Sequence record: PX421306.1
DNA length: 64,000 nucleotides
Direction: 5' to 3' (one strand)
Origin: a phage
This document shows, piece by piece, positions 8,776 to 18,482 of this stretch; positions within the stretch are counted from its first letter, which is position 1, and every line of letters starts with the position of its first letter. Position numbers and translations under genes: made by a program. The notes beneath the pieces are model-generated. The model did no database searches, was not told the origin of the DNA, and was given only the letters and a program-made list of their open reading frames with translations.

Positions 8776-8803
8776 CCCTTAAAACAAAAGGGCCGAAGCC
8801 CTT
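8776..8803 (-). terminator. Terminator hairpin with CGAA/UUCG loop
   Basis: aaagggccgaagcccttt (8786-8803) with flanking plus-strand A-run. Confidence 0.65.
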
Positions 8804-8807
8804 TATT

Positions 8808-9002
8808 TTATTTGAATTGTGCAATTCTTTTCTCTAAACAATCTGCGTAAGATTTCATTGAGATGAATTGTGAAAGCAGTAATTCTTGCTCAACTTCATT
8901 AATCGTTATAAACTTTGTGCTTTCTAAAAATTTGCTCAGCGCATTAATTTTGAGCATTAATTGATCGTATTCTTCTTTTACTCGTGCTTGATAACCTAAC
9001 AT
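8808..9002 (-). CDS. Hypothetical protein (64 aa)
   Basis: ORF track; ATG confirmed; SD AAGGAAAATT. Confidence 0.65.
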   Translation of the reverse strand: MLGYQARVKEEYDQLMLKINALSKFLESTKFITINEVEQELLLSQFISMKSYADCLEKRIAQFK

Positions 9003-9016
9003 AATTTTCCTTAGTT

Positions 9017-9032
9017 AAGGGCCGAAGCCCTT
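9017..9032 (-). other. Stable stem-loop overlapping rIIB stop (no U-tract)
   Basis: aagggccgaagccctt; followed on the minus strand by the SD of the next gene. Confidence 0.5.
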
Positions 9033-9969
9033 ATTTAAATTGTTCAGTAACGTCTTCAACTACTTCGTATTGGCAGGTACGCATTTTAGCATCGTTGTAA
9101 TCAATCGGAATTGATACTACATCGCGAGGATGTACTTTAACTTTTACAACTCGACTGGTTGAACTACCAAAGTGACGAATATAAGATTTAGAACACACAT
9201 GCAGACCACGAGAACAAGTTTGTGTATCATCGTCATTTACACGAGTACGTGGCATTTTAACTACTTTACCAGGACTGTTATCAAATGTATTTGAGTGACA
9301 GTCAAAGTAATTGCTGCGAACTACTTTCCAAGCATAGAAGTAGCCGTCTTCTGTAATTTCAATATCGTTTGCTACCAAGAAATCAAAGAGTCGAGATACC
9401 GCTTTTTGGCTTGGGTTTTCCAGCAGATTTTCCAAGAACGGAAAATAAAATTCAAAGTTTTCGCCTTTTTCCATCGAATCGAGAATACGATCAACTAAAC
9501 CAGACCGCAATTCAATGTTTTGATAGAACAAGCTTCCACCTTCAATTCGAACATCACCGGAAATATATTTTTCAACAGCGCGACGAACGTTAATTTTTTG
9601 TGCTGCTTCTTCCAATTTATCTGCAACAAGCAGGTTAAGAATTTCCTGGAAGTTTGAATGAGTATTAGGAGTTGCGTTATAAGTTACGCCGTCAACAGTA
9701 ATTGAAATGAATTTTTTAGATGCATTCCAAATAATGTCAGATTTAGCAACTGGAGCAATAACTGCATCACTCTTAACTTCAACTGTAATGTCACCGCTAA
9801 TAGTAACTTTGGAGCGTTTAGCTTCTTCAGCATTTTTCAAAACACGACGGATGGTGTCAACCGATACATCTTTCCAATAAGCCAATTCCTGTTGGGTATA
9901 ATTACCGCTTGAATACAGTTTAACAATTTCAGCTTGTTCGTTTTTGGTCAGGCATTTAATATTGTACAT
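9031..9969 (-). CDS. rIIB: rIIB membrane-associated protein
   Basis: 312 aa MYNIKCLTKNEQAEIVKLY...; matches remembered T4 rIIB. Confidence 0.95.
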   Translation of the reverse strand: MYNIKCLTKNEQAEIVKLYSSGNYTQQELAYWKDVSVDTIRRVLKNAEEAKRSKVTISGDITVEVKSDAVIAPVAKSDIIWNASKKFISITVDGVTYNATPNTHSNFQEILNLLVADKLEEAAQKINVRRAVEKYISGDVRIEGGSLFYQNIELRSGLVDRILDSMEKGENFEFYFPFLENLLENPSQKAVSRLFDFLVANDIEITEDGYFYAWKVVRSNYFDCHSNTFDNSPGKVVKMPRTRVNDDDTQTCSRGLHVCSKSYIRHFGSSTSRVVKVKVHPRDVVSIPIDYNDAKMRTCQYEVVEDVTEQFK

Positions 9970-9980
9970 AATTTTCCTTA

Positions 9981-12158
9981 TTAGGCCGCAAGGGCCTTCA
10001 TAGTTTTAGCGATTTGGGAAACTTCATCATCACTTAAAGAATTGCGATAACCGATGAAGTCGGAAACAATACGGAATTTCTTGGTAAACTCAGCAACCAT
10101 TTTATCACTGTTTTTTGAAGCATTACGTGATAATTCATCAAAAAGATTAGTTACTGTCCAGATGTCATGACCGATGGTATCTTTTCCACCGTTGAAATAT
10201 ACACCCTGTAATGAACTAACCATATTAGCGAGTCGTGTATATTCTTCAGAAACTTCATCTACACTGAAGTACTTCATCATAAAATCTAGTTCAGGATACT
10301 TAATAATTTTATCAATATATCGTTTAGCTGAACTTGAATAACCTACATACTTATCATAATCTACATCATCAAAAGCATCTACATATAAATCACGCAGAGT
10401 TTCAAAAATACATTGGCATTGACCAAGTTCTTTTACCTTTTTCTGCAAAAGCGGACGAATAACATAAAATTCATTAATGCCAATAAGATTCGCCATACGA
10501 GTCAAAATACTCGTAGATGGATGACAAAGCGATGTAGTACCATCCATAGAGAAAATATCAGAACGATGCATGTATGCTACATAACCAGTAATTTCATCTG
10601 CTTCTGATGTGAGCGTAAACAATTCCTCTTTTTCCCAGCGCCCGTCTTTAATTTCAAACTTAAATGCAGTAGCAGCTTTAGGACGAGGAGCTGCACTTTT
10701 TACTACCTTTGGAATATAACTTTTAACTAAAGCTTCGATTTCTGACAAATAATGAATGTTAACTTCATCACTTTCAAACATTGCCATAATATCAGGAAGC
10801 AAATCAATCTGTGATTCTACTTCTGGATTAATAAACAGAAGCCGCTCATTGTGATGAATATTTAAGGTGTTATTAAATTCGCTATCATCTAATGCACGTG
10901 CTAATCCACGGACAATATTAACACGATTTTTAGTATTATCAATAACAATATTAATTTTTGTCGTATTAATACCAAACAGACGATAGCTTGACGCAACGGC
11001 TGAAGTTTCATGGCTTTGCTTAATGCGTTTCAGTCGAGGGTCAAGATTTACTTCATACACAACCCCTGCATTGCATAACTTACTGTCAGGTTCAAACATG
11101 CTCTGCATCTTTTTATATGACAGATTTTTAGTCGTGAATTTGACTGAATTGCTAATCATATAATCTCGAGCAGAATATCCCATCTTCATCAATTCACGGT
11201 ATGTATGACGAGGAGATGTAGATTCTTTAAATCGTTTTACATCTTCATTAAATGCCTGCTCACTGAGCTCTTTAACACGCTCAATAATATTTTTACGAGT
11301 ACGATCATCTAATGAAAGAGCCTCACGCGATGGGGCAATATCAAGTGAACCCATTGGAAACTTAATGTAATTCACTTCATTGCGGATGCTTAACCAGTTA
11401 CGGTCTCTAATAACGCCATCGATAGGATAAACAATACCACCATAGATAGCATATAATCCACCGCGATCTGGCCAGTATCTTTCTGGATTTACACCGTAAT
11501 AGTCATCAAAATCCGGAAAATAATCAATTTCGCGGTCAAGACCATTAATGATAGCCAAATCTTTGAATGGTCGCATGATATAAGAAACTTCATAAGCAAA
11601 GTTTCTAAAGTCTTTTTCTTCAACTGGAACTACGATTTCAATACCAGTTTTATCATCTGGACCCATTTCTTTTACGAATGTAGGTTTAATCTGCGGACCA
11701 TCACCATCCATGTAAGCTACATAACCGCGAATTTCACCTTTATGGTACGAAGTAATACTGAACGTATCAGTATAACTAAACGGAGATTTAGAACCTAAAC
11801 CAAATCCACCAATGAAATCGTTAGATTCAGCCTTAGATGAACTAAAGTATGAATTATACAACCCAGGAGAATTATCATCACCCTGAATATCAAAATCGCT
11901 CATACCCGGACCAAAGTCTCGACAAACAAATCGTGGGTCTAATCGTCCTGGAACTTGAATGATAAATTTTTCAGGATTTCCATTGAGAGCATGGGCATCA
12001 ATCATGTTGGTAATCAATTCACGGACTACTGCACGAATCTTGTTTGTATACAAATCAGATGATAGAATTTTAAATACTTTAGGATTTGCTGCGATGCTAA
12101 ATGCTTTTGATTTAGAACCATTACCAAGAATTGTTTCTTTTTCGGTGGTGATAATCAT
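9981..12158 (-). CDS. rIIA: rIIA protein
   Basis: 725 aa; matches remembered T4 rIIA in sequence and length. Confidence 0.95.
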   Translation of the reverse strand: MIITTEKETILGNGSKSKAFSIAANPKVFKILSSDLYTNKIRAVVRELITNMIDAHALNGNPEKFIIQVPGRLDPRFVCRDFGPGMSDFDIQGDDNSPGLYNSYFSSSKAESNDFIGGFGLGSKSPFSYTDTFSITSYHKGEIRGYVAYMDGDGPQIKPTFVKEMGPDDKTGIEIVVPVEEKDFRNFAYEVSYIMRPFKDLAIINGLDREIDYFPDFDDYYGVNPERYWPDRGGLYAIYGGIVYPIDGVIRDRNWLSIRNEVNYIKFPMGSLDIAPSREALSLDDRTRKNIIERVKELSEQAFNEDVKRFKESTSPRHTYRELMKMGYSARDYMISNSVKFTTKNLSYKKMQSMFEPDSKLCNAGVVYEVNLDPRLKRIKQSHETSAVASSYRLFGINTTKINIVIDNTKNRVNIVRGLARALDDSEFNNTLNIHHNERLLFINPEVESQIDLLPDIMAMFESDEVNIHYLSEIEALVKSYIPKVVKSAAPRPKAATAFKFEIKDGRWEKEELFTLTSEADEITGYVAYMHRSDIFSMDGTTSLCHPSTSILTRMANLIGINEFYVIRPLLQKKVKELGQCQCIFETLRDLYVDAFDDVDYDKYVGYSSSAKRYIDKIIKYPELDFMMKYFSVDEVSEEYTRLANMVSSLQGVYFNGGKDTIGHDIWTVTNLFDELSRNASKNSDKMVAEFTKKFRIVSDFIGYRNSLSDDEVSQIAKTMKALAA

Positions 12159-12168
12159 AATTTCCTCA

Positions 12169-12372
12169 TTAATTCATATTGCGTTTAATAACTTCAGCAA
12201 CTTCTAGTAGTTCATCTTTAGTTGCGGTGTCGGATTGAATTTTATCTCTAATATCCTTAAAGCGGTTTTTAAACTCTTCAGCTTCTCCCATATCGAAAAA
12301 GCGTTGAATGATTCTATATTCTCGGTGAACTGCTTTATCAAAAAGTTCTAAATTTACTTTATATGATTTCAT
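12169..12372 (-). CDS. Hypothetical protein (67 aa), rIIA.1 position
   Basis: ORF track; ATG confirmed. Confidence 0.7.
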   Translation of the reverse strand: MKSYKVNLELFDKAVHREYRIIQRFFDMGEAEEFKNRFKDIRDKIQSDTATKDELLEVAEVIKRNMN

Positions 12373-12391
12373 TTCAATATCCTCATTTGCC

Positions 12392-12432
12392 CAATTAATT
12401 ATACCACATCCTTGTGGTAAAGTAAACTACTG
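12392..12432 (-). promoter_or_regulatory. Early promoter for the rIIA operon
   Basis: Minus GTTTAC (plus 12422-12427), 18 bp, GTGG + TATAAT (plus 12398-12403). Confidence 0.7.
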
Positions 12433-14244
12433 GCTCATCCATTCTTTACGAAGGTCAGCATTATCTCCCATGAGCATTTCAAAAAGCTCTTTCCAATTCT
12501 CAGGAAGTTTAACAACATCATATACTGGATTTTGAATCATCTCACGATATTCAGATTTTTCCAAAGAGCCAAGTCCCTTAATATAACGGATGCTATGTTT
12601 AGGTAGAGCATCTTTGGCACTCTCATATTCAGCGACTGTATAAAACCATTCTTGTTTTTTACCGACCTGAGCGATGATTACAGGAGTTTTGACAAAGCGA
12701 ATTCTTCCTTGTTCAAACAGTTCTGGCCAATTACTAAAAAATCCGAGCAGAGAAGGATAAATGCTTCCTAGACCATCATGGTCAGCGTCAGTCATAATGG
12801 CAATATTATGATAATTTAAGTTTTCAGCCTTTTCACCAAGAACTAATCCAGTGATTGCGCAAATATCAAACAGTTCTTTATTTTTAAGCATATCAGCATA
12901 TGACATACCCCAACTGTTGAGAACTTTACCACGCAATGGATAACCGCCATGAAGTTCTTTATCACGAACATCAATAAGATATCCGATAGCAGAATCACCC
13001 TCAGTCAAGAAAAGAGTAGTATCAGCATCTTTACCGCAAAGATTCGCTTTAATATGTTTATGAACCTTAGCTTTAGAAGCCTTTTTAGCTGCTTTAGTTT
13101 CTGCTGCTTTTTCTGCCGCCAATTTACGAGCCAAGGCAGCTTCAATGATTGGCATTAAAATTGCTTCATTATTCAAAATAGCACGTGAAATCTTTTTAGC
13201 ATCAAGCTGAATATGACTGCGGATTTCACCGAATGGAGAAGTCAAACGCTCTTTAGTTTGAGAATCAAATCGCATGTTTTTCATATCACGAACAAACATA
13301 ACGATAGTCAAACATTCTTTAACACGTGCTTTAGTTACATCAATTTTGAATTTACGTTTGATTTGTGGAATAAGGTCTTCACAAATATCATCCATAACAC
13401 AGTCAATGTGATGACCACCATTCTTAGTATGAATGTTATTGACGTACGTTAATTGACGAAAACCATCTGGCGAACGACCAACCGCAATAGAACAATTTTC
13501 TTGTTCTTGAACAATAGCATGCTCATCATATTGACGTGCATATTTCTTAAAATTACCCTGAACCTTTTTACCATTAAAGGTAAATTGAATATCAGGATAA
13601 ACTACTGCAAGTGTCTGGAGACGATCCAGTGTAATGTCAAGATAAACTTGAGATAGCTCATTAGTTTCAAATGACATAAAATCAGGAATGAAAGTAACAC
13701 GTGTTCCTTTCCATTTTCCAGGAATAGTTTCCCATGATTTATTTTCCATGCCATTTGAACAACGAACCACAATATTATTTTGACCGTCGCCAGTTTCACC
13801 GACAAACATCACCGAAAAAATGTTAGTTAAACTAGAACCAACACCATTCATACCGCCAGTGACGCGTTCTTTGTCATCACCGAAGTTACCACCTGCTTTT
13901 GGAATAGTCCAGGCAGCAACAGGACCAGGAATTTCTTCACCAGTAGGTGTTTTAACCATCGCTTGTGGAATACCACGACCGTTATCTTCAACTGTTACTT
14001 GATTGTTTTTAATAGTAACATTAATTTTATTCGCGAATTTAAACTTAGTACGAATACCTTCATCTACTGAGTTATCAATAATTTCATCAATAAGCTTAAC
14101 AAGACCAGGTACATACTGAACACTTTCCCATTTACCAAACAGAAAGCGCTCATGCATTTCATTAGCAGAAGAACCAATGTACATGCCGCTACGCTTTTTG
14201 ATATGTTCAATATCGCTCAGAATTTTAATTTCATTCTTAATCAT
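12427..14244 (-). CDS. 39: DNA topoisomerase II large (ATPase) subunit gp39, uninterrupted
   Basis: 605 aa from ATG (track start is an upstream GTG); GyrB-like; covers what T4 splits into gene 39 plus gene 60. Confidence 0.95.
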   Translation of the reverse strand: MIKNEIKILSDIEHIKKRSGMYIGSSANEMHERFLFGKWESVQYVPGLVKLIDEIIDNSVDEGIRTKFKFANKINVTIKNNQVTVEDNGRGIPQAMVKTPTGEEIPGPVAAWTIPKAGGNFGDDKERVTGGMNGVGSSLTNIFSVMFVGETGDGQNNIVVRCSNGMENKSWETIPGKWKGTRVTFIPDFMSFETNELSQVYLDITLDRLQTLAVVYPDIQFTFNGKKVQGNFKKYARQYDEHAIVQEQENCSIAVGRSPDGFRQLTYVNNIHTKNGGHHIDCVMDDICEDLIPQIKRKFKIDVTKARVKECLTIVMFVRDMKNMRFDSQTKERLTSPFGEIRSHIQLDAKKISRAILNNEAILMPIIEAALARKLAAEKAAETKAAKKASKAKVHKHIKANLCGKDADTTLFLTEGDSAIGYLIDVRDKELHGGYPLRGKVLNSWGMSYADMLKNKELFDICAITGLVLGEKAENLNYHNIAIMTDADHDGLGSIYPSLLGFFSNWPELFEQGRIRFVKTPVIIAQVGKKQEWFYTVAEYESAKDALPKHSIRYIKGLGSLEKSEYREMIQNPVYDVVKLPENWKELFEMLMGDNADLRKEWMSQ

Positions 14245-14296
14245 CACTTATCCTCGTTTGGTTTCGGGAATATTATACTCCGGTAATCATAAAGCT

Positions 14297-14314
14297 AAAG
14301 GCCCGAAGGCCTTT
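14297..14314 (-). other. Stem-loop with CGAA/UUCG loop downstream of the lipoprotein gene
   Basis: aaaggcccgaaggccttt; weak U-tract. Confidence 0.5.
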
Positions 14315-14574
14315 TATTTAAAACGGATAGTCGAATCCTTGAAGAATAGACCAGAACATACGGTTCCTTCTACTTTCTGCCCGGTAGGTCCAATAGCACG
14401 AAATCCAGTATGCTGGAAATCATTTTCAGAGCAACCGAACCAATTATATCCAGTGATTTCAATATTAGTAAAACCACTTGAAGACAAAACTTTGGTTGCA
14501 TTATCAGCATCAGTACATCCTACTAAAGATACTGCTAATACTAATGCCGCGATAGAACGATTAACATATTTCAT
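14314..14574 (-). CDS. Putative lipoprotein (86 aa)
   Basis: Track ORF trimmed to ATG; signal peptide with lipobox LVGC. Confidence 0.65.
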   Translation of the reverse strand: MKYVNRSIAALVLAVSLVGCTDADNATKVLSSSGFTNIEITGYNWFGCSENDFQHTGFRAIGPTGQKVEGTVCSGLFFKDSTIRFK

Positions 14575-14578
14575 AATT

Positions 14579-14950
14579 TCACTCAAATTTAATGGCTTGA
14601 AGGAGACTAATAATTCTTAAGCGACTTCTTTCATCTTTAACTGTAAAAGAAAGAGGGTCACCAGATTTCATAGTGATGGTGCATCCAAAATCAAAATCTT
14701 CAGGAACTTCTTCGAAGAAGTCAAATTCTTCATCATAAATTAGAACATTACTCTGAAAACTGTGAAGAATTTTTCCATCATTTCCAGATGCTGTACTAAT
14801 CATTGTAACATTATGGCCTTTCATATCTTCAACGATAAATTCGCTTGTAGATATTACGGCATTAATAGAACCATTCCTATAAATAGAAGAAAGCAGATAT
14901 TTCTTTTCTTCACCTTCGCGAACACGATATTTCTTACCGATTTTAAACAT
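14579..14950 (-). CDS. Hypothetical protein (123 aa)
   Basis: Track ORF trimmed from GTG to ATG (MFKIGKKYRVREG...). Confidence 0.7.
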   Translation of the reverse strand: MFKIGKKYRVREGEEKKYLLSSIYRNGSINAVISTSEFIVEDMKGHNVTMISTASGNDGKILHSFQSNVLIYDEEFDFFEEVPEDFDFGCTITMKSGDPLSFTVKDERSRLRIISLLQAIKFE

Positions 14951-14952
14951 AA

Positions 14953-15129
14953 TCACCCTTTAAGTAAGTCGTAAAATCCACCATTCACATGCTTAGGAGC
15001 AGAAGGCAGACGAGTAGACAAACGATGACATTTAGGGCAAACATCATTTTCTCGTTCAGAAATCTTTTTAATTTTTTCATATTCATGCCCACAATCTTCA
15101 GATTGGCATTTATAATCATACATTGGCAT
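14953..15129 (-). CDS. Zinc-ribbon microprotein (58 aa)
   Basis: Hand-translated MPMYDYKCQSEDCGHEYEKIKKISERENDVCPKCHRLSTRL...; paired Cys clusters (C-x4-C ... C-x2-C); SD AAGGAA. Confidence 0.5.
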   Translation of the reverse strand: MPMYDYKCQSEDCGHEYEKIKKISERENDVCPKCHRLSTRLPSAPKHVNGGFYDLLKG

Positions 15130-15131
15130 AA

Positions 15132-15551
15132 TTATTCCTTAAAGTGTGCTTTCAACATCTGATACAAGGACCATGCCTGTTCATTATTTTCAATAGTAAC
15201 TTTCATGACAGGAAATTCTGTGAAATCTTCTATTTGTTCTTGCTCTTCCTGCTCTTGTTCTTCAGATGCCTGGTATGGATTTTCCACTTCATCAAAAAAC
15301 CCAGCTTCGTTAGTAGAGAGCCAGATAAAGTTTTCGTCAAGGATATCACCATGTGTTGCATATCCAACTGTGCCAGTAGATGTCACAATTTTAGTAGGAC
15401 GACCAAGATGGTCAACATCTAAAATTTTAAAAGGTTCCATACCTAAACGTCGTGCATAGATTCCGTTATCAGTATGGTCTTTAATAAAATTTTCTTGAGC
15501 CTGTTTATTTTTAAATTGATACCATTTATTAACTTCAAATTTAATAGCCAT
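15132..15551 (-). CDS. Hypothetical acidic protein (139 aa), possibly goF by position
   Basis: ORF track; ATG confirmed; acidic [10 protein letters not shown] stretch. Confidence 0.75.
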   Translation of the reverse strand: MAIKFEVNKWYQFKNKQAQENFIKDHTDNGIYARRLGMEPFKILDVDHLGRPTKIVTSTGTVGYATHGDILDENFIWLSTNEAGFFDEVENPYQASEEQEQEEQEQIEDFTEFPVMKVTIENNEQAWSLYQMLKAHFKE

Positions 15552-15766
15552 TAATAAATTTCCTTCCAGTAAGTTGTGCCATCTTCAGTAATTTCACGAA
15601 ATACACCGTAAATTGGCTGTTTATCGCCGACTTTCTCATACACATAAACCGAAGTCAAGTGAGTAAACTTAACAGTATGTTCCTTTTGAACTACTACCAA
15701 ATCTGGATCGAATAATACATCTTCAAATTCGTCATTAGTGCAGTTCTGAACAATTTTACGTTTCAT
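15551..15766 (-). CDS. Hypothetical protein (71 aa), possibly cef by size and position
   Basis: Track ORF trimmed from TTG to ATG with SD GAGGAAATT. Confidence 0.6.
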   Translation of the reverse strand: MKRKIVQNCTNDEFEDVLFDPDLVVVQKEHTVKFTHLTSVYVYEKVGDKQPIYGVFREITEDGTTYWKEIY

Positions 15767-15779
15767 TACAATTTCCTCA

Positions 15780-16049
15780 TTAATTGAACAGTGGAGCAAT
15801 GCGTTTCAGAAGAGTAGCAGCACCTTTGGCAAATTTTACATCATGAAAAACAGTTTCTTCTTCCGTTACAACACGAACTTTAATGTTTTCACAATCCCAA
15901 TTTTTGCGAACAATCTTCAAAAGCTGCAGTAAATCTTTACATTCAGCAATATCGATAACACATCCACGAGAATCTTCCATTATCGCACGATAACCATAAG
16001 CCATACCATAATCGTTGAAAGATTGTTCGATGATAATTAAGTTTTCCAT
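15780..16049 (-). CDS. Hypothetical protein (89 aa)
   Basis: Trimmed to ATG after conserved leader TTGGAGAATAAAATG. Confidence 0.7.
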   Translation of the reverse strand: MENLIIIEQSFNDYGMAYGYRAIMEDSRGCVIDIAECKDLLQLLKIVRKNWDCENIKVRVVTEEETVFHDVKFAKGAATLLKRIAPLFN

Positions 16050-16156
16050 TTTATTCTCCAAGTTGTTTTCTGTATCAGTAGTTGATATTGATATAGTACC
16101 ATAATCAACTACTGATGTATATAGTTTTATGAAAAAATTTTAAACTTTATGCAAAT

Positions 16157-16576
16157 TTATGCTAAAGCTGCTTCGCACCATTTTTTAATTTGGAATTCAG
16201 GAACTACCATGAACTGGCCTGCAAAAACAATATTGTAGAGCTTGACGCCATCTTCTACCCAACGGTCCGAAATAAAACCAGCGACTTGATTCGTTGTCCA
16301 TGGAGTTCCATCTGTTGCCGCCGCAATTGTGAATTTATGGTCTTTTACAACTAAAACTGAAGAACAAAGTTTCCATTTAAATGCGCTTTCTTCTGGCTCA
16401 ATGAATTGGCTTGAGACATAACCAATGTTACCATCAGCGTCACGAACTTTAACCTCGTTACGACCAAAAACTGGATCACTTACAGAAAGAACTTCAACCA
16501 GCTTTCCTGCAACTTTAGAACGAGAAGCAACGGATACATATACGTAATCACCAGTAGAGAGATTTACAATATTCAT
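16157..16576 (-). CDS. Hypothetical protein (139 aa), tandem paralog A
   Basis: Shares SRSK.AGKLVE, FKW.LC and GFI.D.W.EDG.KLYNIVF motifs with the neighbouring 159-aa ORF. Confidence 0.8.
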   Translation of the reverse strand: MNIVNLSTGDYVYVSVASRSKVAGKLVEVLSVSDPVFGRNEVKVRDADGNIGYVSSQFIEPEESAFKWKLCSSVLVVKDHKFTIAAATDGTPWTTNQVAGFISDRWVEDGVKLYNIVFAGQFMVVPEFQIKKWCEAALA

Positions 16577-16585
16577 AATAATTCC

Positions 16586-17065
16586 TTAAGCTTTACGAGG
16601 AGAAGCATAACGAGTGATTTCAGATTCTTCAACAACCCGGAAGTCACCTAAAAATACAATATTGTATAGCTTTTTACCGTCTTCAATCCATTGGTCTGTA
16701 ATGAAGCCACACATCCTATCAGTTTTACTTGGACCAGCGAAATCATCAATATAATCAAATTTTTCATCAGTTACAAATTCAACGCCTTTACACAACTGCC
16801 ATTTAAACTGTGCATTAGACTTAGTGGATTCAATTCCTTTAGCAGGAACAGCTTTCAAAAACGCAGATTCAAGAAATTTTGCACGAACATAGCCAAACTG
16901 AGGTTTAGACTTTCCATCTTTAGGAATGATACGCACTTTTACTTCAGAATCTTCATCTTTAACACCGTGTTTAAGCTGAATGCTTACAATTTCAACCAAT
17001 TTTCCTGCTGCTTTAGAACGGGATTTATCAGATACACGAGCAATTTCACCAATATTAATAATCAT
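16586..17065 (-). CDS. Hypothetical protein (159 aa), tandem paralog B (motB position)
   Basis: Paralog of 16157-16576; ATG confirmed. Confidence 0.8.
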   Translation of the reverse strand: MIINIGEIARVSDKSRSKAAGKLVEIVSIQLKHGVKDEDSEVKVRIIPKDGKSKPQFGYVRAKFLESAFLKAVPAKGIESTKSNAQFKWQLCKGVEFVTDEKFDYIDDFAGPSKTDRMCGFITDQWIEDGKKLYNIVFLGDFRVVEESEITRYASPRKA

Positions 17066-17103
17066 AGTTATCTCTCACTTGTTAAAAAGATTTTATACTC
17101 CAC

Positions 17104-17144
17104 AGGACCATTATACTCTGGTCCCAAGAGTTTGTAAACTATTA
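17104..17144 (-). promoter_or_regulatory. Early promoter
   Basis: Minus GTTTAC (plus 17134-17139), 18 bp, TATAAT (plus 17110-17115). Confidence 0.65.
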
Positions 17145-17234
17145 ATTCAAAATAGCTACCACTGCACTACGAGGTACTACGCTAAAATCACCTGCATGAA
17201 CAACGTTCAGAAGTTCAACACGATAAATTTTCAT
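17142..17234 (-). CDS. Small ORF (30 aa) between two promoters
   Basis: Hand-translated MKIYRVELLNVVHAGDFSVVPRSAVVAILN; SD GAGGATAAT. Confidence 0.3.
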   Translation of the reverse strand: MKIYRVELLNVVHAGDFSVVPRSAVVAILN

Positions 17235-17255
17235 TTTATTATCCTCAGTAGCTAT

Positions 17256-17296
17256 GGTGTTATAATACCATAACTAACCGAGGAAGTAAACAACTT
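17256..17296 (-). promoter_or_regulatory. Early promoter
   Basis: Minus GTTTAC (plus 17286-17291), 18 bp, TATTAT (plus 17262-17267). Confidence 0.6.
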
Positions 17297-17297
17297 T

Positions 17298-17981
17298 TTA
17301 TCGTTTTGTTGGAAGGGATAGAGGATCGCAATCTTCCTCTGACGGAGCATCTTCAAGACCCATAGCATATCGCAAAGCATACTTCATCATCAGGATGTCT
17401 TTCGCACAGTCATGAATAGAATCATGTGCAACGAATCCATCTAAAGTTCCCTTTGGAAGAGGACATGTGGTCATATCACGAACAAGCAAAAGTGCTTCAA
17501 TTCTAGTACGAATATCACGTTGATTCCAGAATTTACATGGTTCTAACTTAAATGTATCAAGCTCATTCTCAGAAACGCCATTAAGACGTTGAATATCGCG
17601 AATGAGATCGACTAAAATTGGAAAATCAAACGACATTCCACGGCACCAGCCTTGAGATTTCCAAGGATCGATGTTATGTGCATTGATGTAATCATTAAAT
17701 TTTGCAATACCATCGATAGTGCTTACATCTTCATCTGATGGCGCAATATTTTTTCGAGCTTCAGGAGACTGATTTTTCCACCATTCGATAGTGCTTTTAG
17801 TAAAAAGACGATGTCCTTTTTGGCTTTTTAAATCAAACTTGATTTTAATGCCGCGTGAAACTAATTCATCAAAGGATTCAACTACTTCTGGGTTAGGGTC
17901 AAAGGCAATAACAGCTAAGTCAATAACAGCTGCTTTTTCACCGCTTCCCATTGTTTCAAAATCTATAATAAAATCAAACAT
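17298..17981 (-). CDS. dexA: Exonuclease A DexA (DnaQ-like)
   Basis: 227 aa MFDFIIDFETMGSGEKAAVIDLAV...; length and position match T4 DexA. Confidence 0.9.
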   Translation of the reverse strand: MFDFIIDFETMGSGEKAAVIDLAVIAFDPNPEVVESFDELVSRGIKIKFDLKSQKGHRLFTKSTIEWWKNQSPEARKNIAPSDEDVSTIDGIAKFNDYINAHNIDPWKSQGWCRGMSFDFPILVDLIRDIQRLNGVSENELDTFKLEPCKFWNQRDIRTRIEALLLVRDMTTCPLPKGTLDGFVAHDSIHDCAKDILMMKYALRYAMGLEDAPSEEDCDPLSLPTKR

Positions 17982-18223
17982 TAAATTTTCCTCGCTAAAT
18001 CGCGAATTTGACCTACAGTATAATCTTGGATATAAACTTTATTAATGGGCTCATCAATAAATTTTGCCATAGATTCAATATCTTTTTGTATCTCTTCAAG
18101 ACTGTATACTATCTTTAAAGCTTTTTCGCGAATAGTAACATTATCAGGTCCTGAATTTTCTTGAATGACAGCTTTAACATTTGTCATAAGAGATTTAAAC
18201 TGCTGCAAACTTAATTCAATCAT
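17981..18223 (-). CDS. Hypothetical protein (80 aa)
   Basis: Track ORF trimmed from GTG to ATG; shares LEEI..D....F and DY..G.I..L motifs with the next ORF. Confidence 0.6.
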   Translation of the reverse strand: MIELSLQQFKSLMTNVKAVIQENSGPDNVTIREKALKIVYSLEEIQKDIESMAKFIDEPINKVYIQDYTVGQIRDLARKI

Positions 18224-18461
18224 TAATAACCGCCTTATAAAGATGGCTAATTTCACCTAAAACATAATCACTGATTGTAACAGTTTTCACTTCACCACAA
18301 AAGAATTCTAACGCAATCAAATCTCGTTCAATTTCTTCCAATTGAAGCATTAACTTGCCTGATTCAATTTTCACGTTTTTGCGATTTTTACTATAAGCTA
18401 TTTCATATATTTCGCTCACTTTATCTTGAAGTAGATAAAACTGGTCTTTAGTTATTTCCAC
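18216..18461 (-). CDS. Hypothetical protein (about 81 aa), paralog of the previous ORF
   Basis: Track ORF (TTG) trimmed to a GTG preceded by GAGGAAG; no in-frame ATG near the start. Confidence 0.5.
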   Translation of the reverse strand: MEITKDQFYLLQDKVSEIYEIAYSKNRKNVKIESGKLMLQLEEIERDLIALEFFCGEVKTVTISDYVLGEISHLYKAVIND

Positions 18462-18482
18462 GAATAGCTTCCTCAAATTTAA

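Noticed and set aside
12949-14002. Several plus-strand ORFs (69-79 aa) within gene 39
   Set aside because: Antisense to a highly conserved essential gene; no ribosome-binding sites
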